A stretch of 64,000 nt of DNA from a virus (lineage: Duplodnaviria > Caudoviricetes). The DNA is taken from positions 1 through 64,000 of the IMG/VR virus record IMGVR_UViG_3300033066_000410; one strand, written 5' to 3'. Below are positions 45,780-54,731 of the stretch, piece after piece; position 1 is the stretch's first letter, and each line of letters begins with the position of its first letter. The notes below the pieces were generated by a model, which had not been told where the DNA came from, made no database searches, and saw nothing but the letters and a program-made list of their open reading frames with translations. The translations under genes and the position numbers were made by a program.

Positions 45780-47918
45780 TTAATATTTTGTAAGCGTTGC
45801 GCCTGCATTGTATGTTATACTGCCAGATGAATTTGTTAGGGTAGCTGAAACAGTAATTGTTGTTGATGCCTTTGCCCTTATCTGTGTGCTCGGAACTAAT
45901 GCGTGACCAGTATTATTTAAGCCTGCTATAAGCGCCATAGTTTGTGAAGTGTTTTCTTCGTCTGTATATGCAACTTGAAACTGTATTATGTCCGAAGATA
46001 TAGCTGTTATATTAATCGTTCCTTGAACACTATACGTAGCGTCTGCCGAACCATTAGAGTAAACAATTAAATCTTTGCTTGCTGTTTGCGATGTAAAAAA
46101 GGTATCTGTTACTAAATATGCAGCTTTTCGCCAGTTAGCATTACCTACTGCGTCTACAGATGTTAGCACCCTATTTAAACCTTGTGTGCCATCCTGCAGA
46201 CGAAATTTCGATTGTGCGCAAAGTGAATCATTAAAATAATGTGCTGAACCTGCACCCGTTGCATCGTAAACTATACGGCCCGCATTTGTTGAATATAAGT
46301 CAAGGTAGTTACTTAAATCATAGCCTGCACGAATTGGTATGCCAGTTGAAACAAAATGCCCACGAGCAGATGCCGAAGTTGTACCAAAAGCAAAGTTACC
46401 ACTACTGTTTAAAAACATACCCACGTTGCTGCCATTTACAATATAGAATTTATCGTTCGCGCCTATTCCGGTTGCCGCGCTATTACCAATACCAACGGTA
46501 TAATTTTGGGCGTTACCATCAAATAGCAAATAAGCATAGCTGTTAGTTGAATTAGTATTATTCATTATTGTTGCCGTTGGTTGCCCGTTATTGTTTTGCG
46601 AAAGGAAAACAGCGCCCTCTATTGGCAAATTGTTTTTGCTTGTAGAATCGCCTTTTAAAAAACTTAAATTCACATCTTCGGTAGTAGAGCAACTTAAATA
46701 GCCAAACTTGCGCATTAATATACGGCGGTAAGCATTTGCTACTTTTTTGCGTCCATAATTATTTTCGTGTATTCCGTCCCCAATATCATACCCTTGCCCT
46801 AAAGCTAATTTTCCATTACCTGCTATATCGCCAGTAAGTTCTTTAGTATGTTCATCCGTGCGCGCGTCAACTCTTAATAAAGCAAATCCACCATGCCCAG
46901 GGTTGCCCCCCATAATGGCATAATTCATATCACGCCATTTGTTATATGCCTTTGTTCCGTTTGTTGCCCCCCATAACGATATTAACCGATTATAGCAAGG
47001 TGTCATAGTAGCCAATACAATTTTAGCGCCTGCCTTTTTACCATAAATAACAGTATCAATAAAGGTTTGGTATTTAGTAAGCGTTTGCGCTAAAGTCCAG
47101 TTTAAGGAATCCACATCGTTCAACCCTATTTCAATAATAATTACATCATAGGTAGCTTTGTTTGCATCAGCTAACCATACCTGCATTTGGTGAACAATAC
47201 TATCACCTGGTATTGCTTGGTTAACTATCGTATTACCTAAAGCACTATCACAACCCATAAGCATATAGGAAACTACCCCATTGTAAGTTAAGTATGGCGC
47301 AACTGTGCTATTCCCAAACAATACAATAGAAACAGGGTCCACAAAACCCAAACCGCTTCCAGTAGGTCCGGTAGGTCCTGTAACGCCTATGCCAGTAGGC
47401 CCCGTTGGGCCTGTTACACCCGCTCCGGTGGGTCCTGTAATTCCGGTTGCGCCAGTAGGTCCCGTTGTGCCCACTCCCGTAGGTCCGGTAGGCCCTGCAA
47501 TTCCGGTGCCAGTAGCACCAGTTGCTCCGGTTGAGCCTGTAGCTCCTGTTGCACCAGTTGCCCCTGTTGCGCCTACTGCACCAACAGTAACCTGATAACC
47601 AAAAGGCTTCCAGCCAAAATAGTAGTAGTAATACCGGTTAGAATCGGTATCAAAAACAACTAAGCCGGTTGCGGGGGAGGTTATGGCATATTTCTGAACA
47701 GAAGTCATTCTAGGAAATAAAGCACCTCCAGTCGTGGAGCGAATATCTACAACAGAAGATGGGTCTATAATGGTATCAGGCCCAACGGTAACTGACCCTT
47801 TCATGGAAACTTTACCTTTTACAAGTTGATTGGAAGGAACAGTTGTCCAACCTGGGTATTGCGCAATAGTTGTAAGAGCTACCAATGTAGCAACGATAAA
47901 TAGGGGTAGTTTTTTCAT
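45780..47918 (-). CDS. signal peptide + collagen-like repeat + SGNH/GDSL esterase + fibre-like repeat protein
   Basis: [19 protein letters not shown]|QY; GAT/GPT triplets; FGNS, GLND, DGIH; GIG/GT beta repeats; DGTQG..RVLTS.DA.GNA.W. Confidence 0.8.
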   Translation of the reverse strand: MKKLPLFIVATLVALTTIAQYPGWTTVPSNQLVKGKVSMKGSVTVGPDTIIDPSSVVDIRSTTGGALFPRMTSVQKYAITSPATGLVVFDTDSNRYYYYYFGWKPFGYQVTVGAVGATGATGATGATGSTGATGATGTGIAGPTGPTGVGTTGPTGATGITGPTGAGVTGPTGPTGIGVTGPTGPTGSGLGFVDPVSIVLFGNSTVAPYLTYNGVVSYMLMGCDSALGNTIVNQAIPGDSIVHQMQVWLADANKATYDVIIIEIGLNDVDSLNWTLAQTLTKYQTFIDTVIYGKKAGAKIVLATMTPCYNRLISLWGATNGTKAYNKWRDMNYAIMGGNPGHGGFALLRVDARTDEHTKELTGDIAGNGKLALGQGYDIGDGIHENNYGRKKVANAYRRILMRKFGYLSCSTTEDVNLSFLKGDSTSKNNLPIEGAVFLSQNNNGQPTATIMNNTNSTNSYAYLLFDGNAQNYTVGIGNSAATGIGANDKFYIVNGSNVGMFLNSSGNFAFGTTSASARGHFVSTGIPIRAGYDLSNYLDLYSTNAGRIVYDATGAGSAHYFNDSLCAQSKFRLQDGTQGLNRVLTSVDAVGNANWRKAAYLVTDTFFTSQTASKDLIVYSNGSADATYSVQGTINITAISSDIIQFQVAYTDEENTSQTMALIAGLNNTGHALVPSTQIRAKASTTITVSATLTNSSGSITYNAGATLTKY
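47354..47583 (-). repeat. collagen-like Gly-X-Thr repeat coding region
   Basis: about 25 G-X-Y triplets (GAT, GPT). Confidence 0.9.
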
Positions 47919-48220
47919 AGTATGCCTAGGATTTTAATTTGAACGCCTGTCATGGCTTCTGCGAACGTAACAATAATTTTTGCAAGAGGGTCTGTGTCGT
48001 CTACGCGCCAAGAGACACCGCCCATAGAGTTGCCGGAAGAATCAGCAAACTCTACGTTAGTTGCAGGGATGCCCATTCCGTGACGGACTGAGTTATCTCC
48101 TACTGCTAAATCTTGAACAATCTTTCTTCCGCGAACTTCGGAGCTATTTGTAAGCCCGATTACATCGCGTAAATTTATCCTATAGGTAGTCCTAATGTTG
48201 GGAGATAGTGGTGTTGGCAT
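47915..48220 (-). CDS. small fibre/structural-like protein
   Basis: VRHGMG...VEF...IIVTF pattern resembles small fibre beta-domains. Confidence 0.5.
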   Translation of the reverse strand: MPTPLSPNIRTTYRINLRDVIGLTNSSEVRGRKIVQDLAVGDNSVRHGMGIPATNVEFADSSGNSMGGVSWRVDDTDPLAKIIVTFAEAMTGVQIKILGIL

Positions 48221-48224
48221 ACCA

Positions 48225-48232
48225 CAAATGTA
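48225..48232 (-). promoter_or_regulatory. -7 box TACATTTG, 4 nt before the ATG
   Basis: consensus match; spacing suggests a leaderless mRNA. Confidence 0.5.
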
Positions 48233-48252
48233 GAAAATAGAAAAATAAAAAC

Positions 48253-49002
48253 CTAAATACCTTCGGGGATGGTTTTAGTAACGTCGGCTGCAATAGCCAA
48301 TTTGTGTGCTTGCATATTCAGGGAAACATGCCCTAGAAGGGCATCTTTTTCCATTTTATAGAACAGGTCAAAAGTGTTAATCTCTCCTCCCCAGTAAACG
48401 CCTGCACTTATTTTTGCCTTAGAGGTCTTAAACTCAGGTGTAGCTAGAACCTCTTTCATTTCCGTGTAGTCAGCCTCGTTGAAAACTACAAACTTTATAT
48501 AGTCCTGTGGGCGGAGTAAGTGCATAAAGGCACCGTGTTTGTTTCCAGTAACCCCTGCGCTAAGTAGCTTGTAATCTAGGATAAAAGATACGTTATCGTA
48601 TTTTAAGTATGGCTCAGGGCTTATAACTCCGCTAGTCTCTACGCAAACTTTAAACCCTGATAAAGCCTTAAATAGCTTGTGTAGGTCTTCTTCTTTGCGC
48701 CATAACGGGTCTCCTCCGGTAAGGCAGATAAGGTTTGCCCCGCTCTCCAATCGTTTAGCGGCTACAATCTCGTATATGCTAGCCGTTCCGCCCCACTTAG
48801 GGTCTAGCCCATCTAAAAAATCAATAGGTCGGTCAATTCCACTCTCTTTTTCTAAATACAAGGGTGTATCGCAAAGGGTGCCCAAAGTTTTTAAGTAGCA
48901 GCGAATAGGGCAACCGGATAGACGAAGAAAAATTGCAGGTGCTCCAATCCCATAAGGGTTGCACTCTCCCATAAATGTTGTGTATACTTCTGCTACTTTC
49001 AT
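48253..49002 (-). CDS. queE: 7-carboxy-7-deazaguanine synthase (radical SAM)
   Basis: EVYTTFMGE, AIFLRLSGC, CDT, LTGGDP, VETSG, DYKL, KFVV, QAHK. Confidence 0.85.
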   Translation of the reverse strand: MKVAEVYTTFMGECNPYGIGAPAIFLRLSGCPIRCYLKTLGTLCDTPLYLEKESGIDRPIDFLDGLDPKWGGTASIYEIVAAKRLESGANLICLTGGDPLWRKEEDLHKLFKALSGFKVCVETSGVISPEPYLKYDNVSFILDYKLLSAGVTGNKHGAFMHLLRPQDYIKFVVFNEADYTEMKEVLATPEFKTSKAKISAGVYWGGEINTFDLFYKMEKDALLGHVSLNMQAHKLAIAADVTKTIPEGI

Positions 49003-49006
49003 CGTG

Positions 49007-49375
49007 CTAAGTTATTAAAGTTGCGGTAGCTGCCAAAAGTTTTACTTTCATGTGGTAAACCTGCCTAGAAGAATCCTCTATCTCGCAAGAGGCTTGTAAC
49101 GTAAGTTTTCCCGATTTATCTTTAACGTAGTAGATACAAATAACCTTATATCTATCTTGCCGAAATTCAAAAGTAGTGTGCTCCTGCAACCAAAAAGGAC
49201 TCATTGATTTAATATCCTTTTTTAAAATTGATACTTCTTCCCCCGTAACAAAGGCATCTCCAACATCTTTCATGTTCCTGTGAAATCTCAAAATCAAACC
49301 TGCATTTGAATCAGATAAGTATTCTAAAACCTCAGAATTATTTATTAGGTAATACTTACCGGTCATTGAAATCAT
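49007..49375 (-). CDS. WLQ-array paralogue 1
   Basis: GKYY...SPFWLQEHTTF...YKVICIYY. Confidence 0.65.
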   Translation of the reverse strand: MISMTGKYYLINNSEVLEYLSDSNAGLILRFHRNMKDVGDAFVTGEEVSILKKDIKSMSPFWLQEHTTFEFRQDRYKVICIYYVKDKSGKLTLQASCEIEDSSRQVYHMKVKLLAATATLIT

Positions 49376-49736
49376 TAAGAAGCATTTTAACTAAAAGCTC
49401 GTTAGTTACTAAGCGGGATTCTATACCATTGTATACATTGTTGACCTCATTGCACCACTTAAATGTCCCCACTGTTGCCGTGACTCCTATCCATTTATCA
49501 GCAGTATAATCTACTATGTAATAGTCACCTTCTAAAATAAGCTCTATCCAGTAGTGAACGTCCATTCTTTTTCCGGTCTGCCTATTGTATATGCTCCCGA
49601 ATTTAACTGTGTGGTCTACTCCTATCGTATTGAGCTTATATGAAAGAACTCTTGTTGTTCCATCGCATTCAAGTTTTGCCTCCCTGCATTTCGCAGCCCA
49701 CAGGTCTAAGAATATAATTAACTTTTCTTTTTTCAT
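49356..49736 (-). CDS. transglutaminase-like (Cys-His-Asp) protein
   Basis: ECDG...HYWIE...IVDYTA. Confidence 0.6.
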   Translation of the reverse strand: MKKEKLIIFLDLWAAKCREAKLECDGTTRVLSYKLNTIGVDHTVKFGSIYNRQTGKRMDVHYWIELILEGDYYIVDYTADKWIGVTATVGTFKWCNEVNNVYNGIESRLVTNELLVKMLLNDFNDR

Positions 49737-50143
49737 ATAGGTTCTGCTATTTGTTCAAACTCTTCAAATGTGTAGGTATACATAACACCATTTTCAAGAC
49801 TAACTAAGTTAACAAAGTTTACCCATTTTTCTATTCCATCCTCTCCGGTTCTCTTTTCTGAGTAGCACTCAATAAGTTTAGCTGTATACATTCTTACGGA
49901 AGATTGCCCGCCAACTACTCTAGGCTCTACTATGTTGAAATTATCTCCTTCTTGAAACCATAAAATTCTAAGCCTTTCGAGCCTAGTGCTAAACTCTTTA
50001 GTGCTCCTAAGTCTGCTTGGTGCGCCAAAATACTTTTTTACGAGAATGTTCATAGAGCTATTATACTTCTTAATTAAGTATAAACTTTCTCCGGTTACTC
50101 CTTGATAAAAGCACAGCTTATTTTCATAGAATTTTGCGTTCAT
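49733..50143 (-). CDS. WLQ-array paralogue 2 (start revised to MNAKF, TAATG-coupled)
   Basis: LWFQEGDNF...TFEEFEQI. Confidence 0.65.
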   Translation of the reverse strand: MNAKFYENKLCFYQGVTGESLYLIKKYNSSMNILVKKYFGAPSRLRSTKEFSTRLERLRILWFQEGDNFNIVEPRVVGGQSSVRMYTAKLIECYSEKRTGEDGIEKWVNFVNLVSLENGVMYTYTFEEFEQIAEPI

Positions 50144-50460
50144 TATAGCAACTCGCATTTTTGTGATAACTCTTCCATGTATACCTGATTAGCCGCACCA
50201 CTTTGCTCTCCGCGAAGGTCAGCATAATACGCACCATCTATAGGGTCGAATTTTATATGCTCTACTGAATAGGTAACATCTTCAAAAATTAGTCGGTTAT
50301 TTTTTTGTAACCAAAACTCACATATCTTGTTCCGGTCAGACCAGAACTTTCCCTGTGTTTTTATGTTGTGTAAGTGAACCTTACCATTCTTTTCTGCCAA
50401 TACTCCAAATAGGTTAAACCCCTTAGAATCGTTTAAATAAGTAACGTATTTGCCTTGCAT
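50143..50460 (-). CDS. WLQ-array paralogue 3
   Basis: GKYV...NIKT...FWLQKNNRL...MEELSQ. Confidence 0.7.
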   Translation of the reverse strand: MQGKYVTYLNDSKGFNLFGVLAEKNGKVHLHNIKTQGKFWSDRNKICEFWLQKNNRLIFEDVTYSVEHIKFDPIDGAYYADLRGEQSGAANQVYMEELSQKCELL

Positions 50461-50479
50461 GTTTTATTTATATGTGTTT

Positions 50480-50512
50480 CAAATATAATCAAAAAGTGTA
50501 GATTTTTGCAAA
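50480..50512 (-). promoter_or_regulatory. promoter TTTG-N21-TATATTTG inside the array
   Basis: both Bacteroidota elements present. Confidence 0.6.
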
Positions 50513-50836
50513 CTCTTCTATGTTCATTGTATATTTAGGTATGAGCTTACCTTTGAGTCTAGTAACACTTCCATATCTAACCATATACTTATCAGAAGTA
50601 GGTTCGTAGATAACTTCTGAGACCCATACTCTTCGGTTTCCAACTGTGTGTAAAATGTCTTTTGGTTGTAGCCAAAAAGGTAGCAACTCCCCACCACTTA
50701 CTGCTGATGTAGTAGCTGTTCTTATGCTTTGAATGTTTACGTGTGTGAAGCTTACTTTTTGAACTTTAAATATAGAATTAGATAGTTTTGGGCAGGTTAC
50801 ATAATCGCCCAACGAGTATGACCAAGTTATATTCAT
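50489..50836 (-). CDS. WLQ-array paralogue 4
   Basis: GDYV...FWLQPKDIL...VWVSEVIY...EEFAKIYTF. Confidence 0.75.
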   Translation of the reverse strand: MNITWSYSLGDYVTCPKLSNSIFKVQKVSFTHVNIQSIRTATTSAVSGGELLPFWLQPKDILHTVGNRRVWVSEVIYEPTSDKYMVRYGSVTRLKGKLIPKYTMNIEEFAKIYTF

Positions 50837-51207
50837 TTGAATGTGTAAAGTTCTGACAGTTGCTTGCAGTCCATATCTAAAGTTGTTAGACTTTTAGGGT
50901 GCGCTGCGTATGTAACAACATAGTTTTTAGTTGAATTGCTGTAGCATACCTTTCTTACCTGAATTTCATCAAGCAGGTGGTCGTTCCAAGCAGGGGTAAG
51001 AATATCTCCTACTTGAAGCCAATACCGTTCAAAAAGTGCCCCTTCTAGCTTATCTGTGGCTATGCCTGTTCGCAAATTTACTGCTGTAATAAACTCAGTA
51101 ACTCCTTTAACGTTGCTTGCAAATTCGTGTTCAATGGAAGAAATGGCAAACACATCATTTGAATGATGGTAAGCTGTAACGTAAATACCTGGCTCGAATT
51201 TTCTCAT
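50833..51207 (-). CDS. WLQ-array paralogue 5
   Basis: GIYV...NLRT...YWLQVGDIL...LSELYTF. Confidence 0.75.
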   Translation of the reverse strand: MRKFEPGIYVTAYHHSNDVFAISSIEHEFASNVKGVTEFITAVNLRTGIATDKLEGALFERYWLQVGDILTPAWNDHLLDEIQVRKVCYSNSTKNYVVTYAAHPKSLTTLDMDCKQLSELYTFK

Positions 51208-51569
51208 TGTAAACTATACAGTTCTGAAAACAATTTAATGGGTAGGTTAAATCTAGCAGGGTTGGGGTTTTTAGAGAACCCATTAAAGTCTCCGAATTTT
51301 ACCCAATACTCTTTTGACTTTGGTTGCCAGTAGATGCTGTCTACCCACACTCGCATTTTCTTAGCATCCTTAACCTCTGCTATCAACTCATCTTTCTTTT
51401 GCAGCCAATGCAAAGAAAATTCCTCCTCCGGTAAAGTCGAAACCTTATTTTCTTTAAGGCTATATAGAATAACCTTACTCGCATCCGATGGGTCAGGTGC
51501 AGAGCAAACAACATAAATATCCCTATTCAATCGGGAAGAGACTACGTATGTTCCTTTATTTGCTTTCAT
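51204..51569 (-). CDS. WLQ-array paralogue 6 (start revised to MKANK)
   Basis: GTYV...HWLQKKDEL...VWVDSIY...FSELYSL. Confidence 0.75.
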   Translation of the reverse strand: MKANKGTYVVSSRLNRDIYVVCSAPDPSDASKVILYSLKENKVSTLPEEEFSLHWLQKKDELIAEVKDAKKMRVWVDSIYWQPKSKEYWVKFGDFNGFSKNPNPARFNLPIKLFSELYSLQ

Positions 51570-51949
51570 AGAATGTGTATAGTTCAGAAAAGTTAGACAG
51601 CATAAAGCAGGACGATGCAAAAAATCTGTGCTTTGTAGTAGGGTTATATTCTCCAAACATTATATTGTAACAGTCTCCCCGTCCCCAAGCGAAAAATATT
51701 TTTTTCAACCCATACACGTTTACCATCATCTGCATCTGCCGGCCCTAGTATATCACCACTCTGAACCCACAAAGGAGCTAGGCTTGTCTCAATAACCCTA
51801 GTGTTATTCCATGTGCGAATATTAGTAACTAAGACTTCTGTGTCCTTTAGTTTGTCGCCTAGTATAAGCCCCGCAGTGCTTGCAACCTCATAAATATCAT
51901 CTGAGGCTTTGCTCATCGTAAGATACTGTCCGGTGTAATACTTTGACAT
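51556..51949 (-). pseudogene. WLQ-array paralogue 7, frameshifted in an A7 tract
   Basis: removing one A at 51699-51705 gives ...VWVEKIFF...SNFSELYTFYESK*, matching the family C-terminus. Confidence 0.7.
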
Positions 51950-52425
51950 TAGAACGGAAATAGTTTTTCTGATGTTCCCATAAATTCAAACGTTTCTAAG
52001 TAGCTTATGTCACACATACTCTTACTTATTTCAAACGTTTCTAAGTAGCTTATGTCACACATACTCTTACTTATATTTCTAAGTTCCTTGGTGTAAACTT
52101 TATAATGAACTTTTAACTCAGGATTTCTCTTTTCTTGATATTTTGCCTCTAGGTAGTCTACTATAAGATACTCGTCAAAGTATAAAAAGTAGTCGCCTCT
52201 TTGTAGCCAAAACAGAGTTAGGTCGTCTGTGCTCCATAAACTAGTTAGGTCTTTCTGCCAGTCAATTTTTGTTCCGTTTGTTACAAATCGTTCCATCGCT
52301 ATTAGCGGAAAAGTTACGCAGTCATATCCGCTAAACTCATCAGGGTTTATACTTTCAAAAAACACCGAAGGTATTTTATCTTCTCCCTTTAGAACGTAAG
52401 CTCCTTTAACTAAACCCTTCTGCAT
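51949..52425 (-). CDS. WLQ-array paralogue 8 (carries a 15-aa duplication)
   Basis: GAYV...FWLQRGDYF; ISKSMCDISYLETFE occurs twice. Confidence 0.7.
   Translation of the reverse strand: MQKGLVKGAYVLKGEDKIPSVFFESINPDEFSGYDCVTFPLIAMERFVTNGTKIDWQKDLTSLWSTDDLTLFWLQRGDYFLYFDEYLIVDYLEAKYQEKRNPELKVHYKVYTKELRNISKSMCDISYLETFEISKSMCDISYLETFEFMGTSEKLFPF
51985..52074. repeat. perfect 45-bp tandem duplication (2 copies)
   Basis: ttcaaacgtttctaagtagcttatgtcacacatactcttacttat at 51985-52029 and 52030-52074. Confidence 0.95.
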
Positions 52426-52861
52426 CTCTTAAAAATTTTTCCCTAGGTATTTTTAGCATAGCCCTTGTAGCTAGTTGCTTACAGAGCACATACAAGCCTC
52501 TTTTTAGCTGCTTGCTTGCCTTGTTTATGTAAAGTATATCTTCAACCCTAACAACTCCCCCACCGTATATAAATCTATCGTGTATCTGTATAGGGTAGTC
52601 TTGCAACTTCATCAACTCCTCAATAGTGAAATCTTCGGTGTTGTTTTTGTTCTGCTTAGTAACCACTCTATGCACAGATATGCACTCATACTTAAATTCA
52701 CCGGTAGCATCCATAACCGTAACGTCTCCGGTATACTTATATAGTGTGTCGGTTTCAGGCTCGTATAAGAAGTGGTTCGCTTTGGGGACTTCAAATAAAT
52801 ATTCTGTTATCTTTTCCCCGTTCTCATCGGTAGAATGTATAGGAAAATAGGGCATAAACAA
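52406..52861 (-). CDS. divergent WLQ-array paralogue 9 (tentative)
   Basis: EELMKLQDYPIQIHDRF...VRVEDILY...REKFL. Confidence 0.5.
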   Translation of the reverse strand: MFMPYFPIHSTDENGEKITEYLFEVPKANHFLYEPETDTLYKYTGDVTVMDATGEFKYECISVHRVVTKQNKNNTEDFTIEELMKLQDYPIQIHDRFIYGGGVVRVEDILYINKASKQLKRGLYVLCKQLATRAMLKIPREKFLRDAEGFS

Positions 52862-52880
52862 GCCATTACAGCCCTCTTTT

Positions 52881-53231
52881 TTAGTTATTGATAGTTCCCT
52901 CTTTGTCCGCTAAAGATTCAGCAGCACTCTTAGGTATTTCTGTGGTAAATTTCCAGCCTGTAGGTCTTTTATATGCCCAACACAGGTCTTCTTTTTTAAC
53001 CGGTAAGCCTTTAGACTCGAGTTCTTTTATGTGCTCGTCTTGTTCTAAGGCATACACATCAGGCTCAATAACTCCAAGAGCGGTTTTTGTTTCGTTTTCA
53101 ATAGAATACATAACCAACCCCATAGGAGTAGTTGCTGCCTCTAAGCCAAAATGGGTGCCTTCTTCATCACCGCTTATTTTCTTGTAGAAGGGATGGTAAA
53201 CAACGCCGTTCCTTACTTCTTTTTTTCCCAT
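52881..53231 (-). CDS. hypothetical protein
   Basis: 116-aa ORF. Confidence 0.65.
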   Translation of the reverse strand: MGKKEVRNGVVYHPFYKKISGDEEGTHFGLEAATTPMGLVMYSIENETKTALGVIEPDVYALEQDEHIKELESKGLPVKKEDLCWAYKRPTGWKFTTEIPKSAAESLADKEGTINN

Positions 53232-54031
53232 ATAATGTTTGACTTTTTACTTCCGTTTTTAATTTTCTCTAGCATGGCGGAAATGCCCCTATTTTTGTCA
53301 AAGCCTCTACTCTTGCCAATAGCATCGTTTTCCGCAGGAGACATTATCTTATCCATTGGAGGTATTCGGTCTTTAACGACAAAATCTCTCTCAACGTGGG
53401 CCTCATCCCATACGCGAAGAGGTGCCTTAAACACCCTTGATTTTTCGTGCCCTTTAATAGTCACGACAATATAGAAAAACCTAGGGTTCTCTGTGCCGTT
53501 TTCATTACACTTAGTGCAATAAACATCATGGGCATCTTCGCTAGCTCCTAGTTTACTAGCTATTGCATAAAGAGCCAAGACTGTAATAGCCTCCTTTGCT
53601 TCTAACTGGGGAATGTATGGTTTATTATAGTCTGATAAAGCACCTCTTAGGTCATTTATAACCTTGGAGATTCCTCTTGCGCGTTCAAGCGTTTCAGGGT
53701 CTACATTTCCTTCCATCGCTTTGAAGATTCGCTCAGTTTCACCTCTTCCAACAATTTGGGAAAATTCCGGTAAAGTCTCTTCTGTAAACCCGTAGCTAAC
53801 TGCTAGGTCGAGTAAAGAAACCGGTAAAAGAGACGCTTTATGCAATCCGGTTTTAGGTATAGCTACCCAAAAATAGAAGTAGCCCTCTACATAGTCTCCA
53901 TTGCTATCAAAATGGCTTACATGACCGCCAACAGGTTCTCCTTCCTTGTTAGCTTCTCTCATAAGGTTTAAAATAGCCTTGCCTTCTTCGGCACCTACTT
54001 TTTCAATGTTTGACTTTGGACTTTGTTCCAT
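53213..54031 (-). CDS. hypothetical protein
   Basis: 272-aa ORF with one CxxC. Confidence 0.7.
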   Translation of the reverse strand: MEQSPKSNIEKVGAEEGKAILNLMREANKEGEPVGGHVSHFDSNGDYVEGYFYFWVAIPKTGLHKASLLPVSLLDLAVSYGFTEETLPEFSQIVGRGETERIFKAMEGNVDPETLERARGISKVINDLRGALSDYNKPYIPQLEAKEAITVLALYAIASKLGASEDAHDVYCTKCNENGTENPRFFYIVVTIKGHEKSRVFKAPLRVWDEAHVERDFVVKDRIPPMDKIMSPAENDAIGKSRGFDKNRGISAMLEKIKNGSKKSNIIWEKKK

Positions 54032-54261
54032 ACGTAGTTTTTCTTATAGTTAGTGTATTTGTCTGCCATTGCTACCGACATAGAGATTAACCATGCGATA
54101 GAGATTACTACCATGATGTATACCAGTAGCCGGTGGGTCTTTATCTCTCTAAGCTCTAGTATCATTATTGCAACCCAACCCAATATAAGAATTGTTGCCA
54201 GTATGAATAACAGGTTAAATGTGGGGTCGGAAAATAAAAATGGAATGAGGTTATGTCCCAT
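53995..54261 (-). CDS. hypothetical membrane protein
   Basis: two hydrophobic helices. Confidence 0.6.
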   Translation of the reverse strand: MGHNLIPFLFSDPTFNLLFILATILILGWVAIMILELREIKTHRLLVYIMVVISIAWLISMSVAMADKYTNYKKNYVWNKVQSQTLKK

Positions 54262-54335
54262 ACAGTCTCCTTTTTGTGTTTTTGTTTTGATTAATAAGAG
54301 TAAAGATAATATATTTTAGTAAAATATAGTATACT

Positions 54336-54731
54336 TTAAGCATCTAATTTTGCATCAGGGAATCCAAGGTTTTTAGCTTCTACAACATCAATAAAAGCTG
54401 CGCCCTTACTTATGTCACCAAACATCTCCTTAGCTGCTTCGTTGCGCACAACCCAAATATTTCCTGACCGGTAGGGGTTCTTAATGTCGTCTGTTTTTGC
54501 TCCAACTACTCCGATTAGAAGAAAGCCCTGCTTCATCATCTCCTTACACTCGGAGCATGGCTCTTTCATGTAGCCAATGCACTTTCCATGAACGCTATCT
54601 TCTAGTTCATTGTTGCTTTTCTTAACTCCACGGGTTCCTATAATTATAGGCCCATCTTCTAACTTTCCGCAAAGAGGACACGCCTCTTTAGCCAAGGCTA
54701 CCGGAAATTTAATATCATCTCTGTTACTCAT
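54336..54731 (-). CDS. hypothetical Zn-binding phage protein
   Basis: CPLCG...C...CSEC. Confidence 0.7.
   Translation of the reverse strand: MSNRDDIKFPVALAKEACPLCGKLEDGPIIIGTRGVKKSNNELEDSVHGKCIGYMKEPCSECKEMMKQGFLLIGVVGAKTDDIKNPYRSGNIWVVRNEAAKEMFGDISKGAAFIDVVEAKNLGFPDAKLDA

Noticed and set aside
51570-51656. N-terminal extension (MENITLLQ…) of ORF 51204-51656
   Set aside because: This DNA is better explained as the frameshifted C-terminus of the upstream paralogue; ATG 51569 matches the family start.
49007-52861. Diversity-generating retroelement behind the paralogue array
   Set aside because: No reverse transcriptase and no near-identical template/variable repeat pair with adenine-specific differences was seen in the window.
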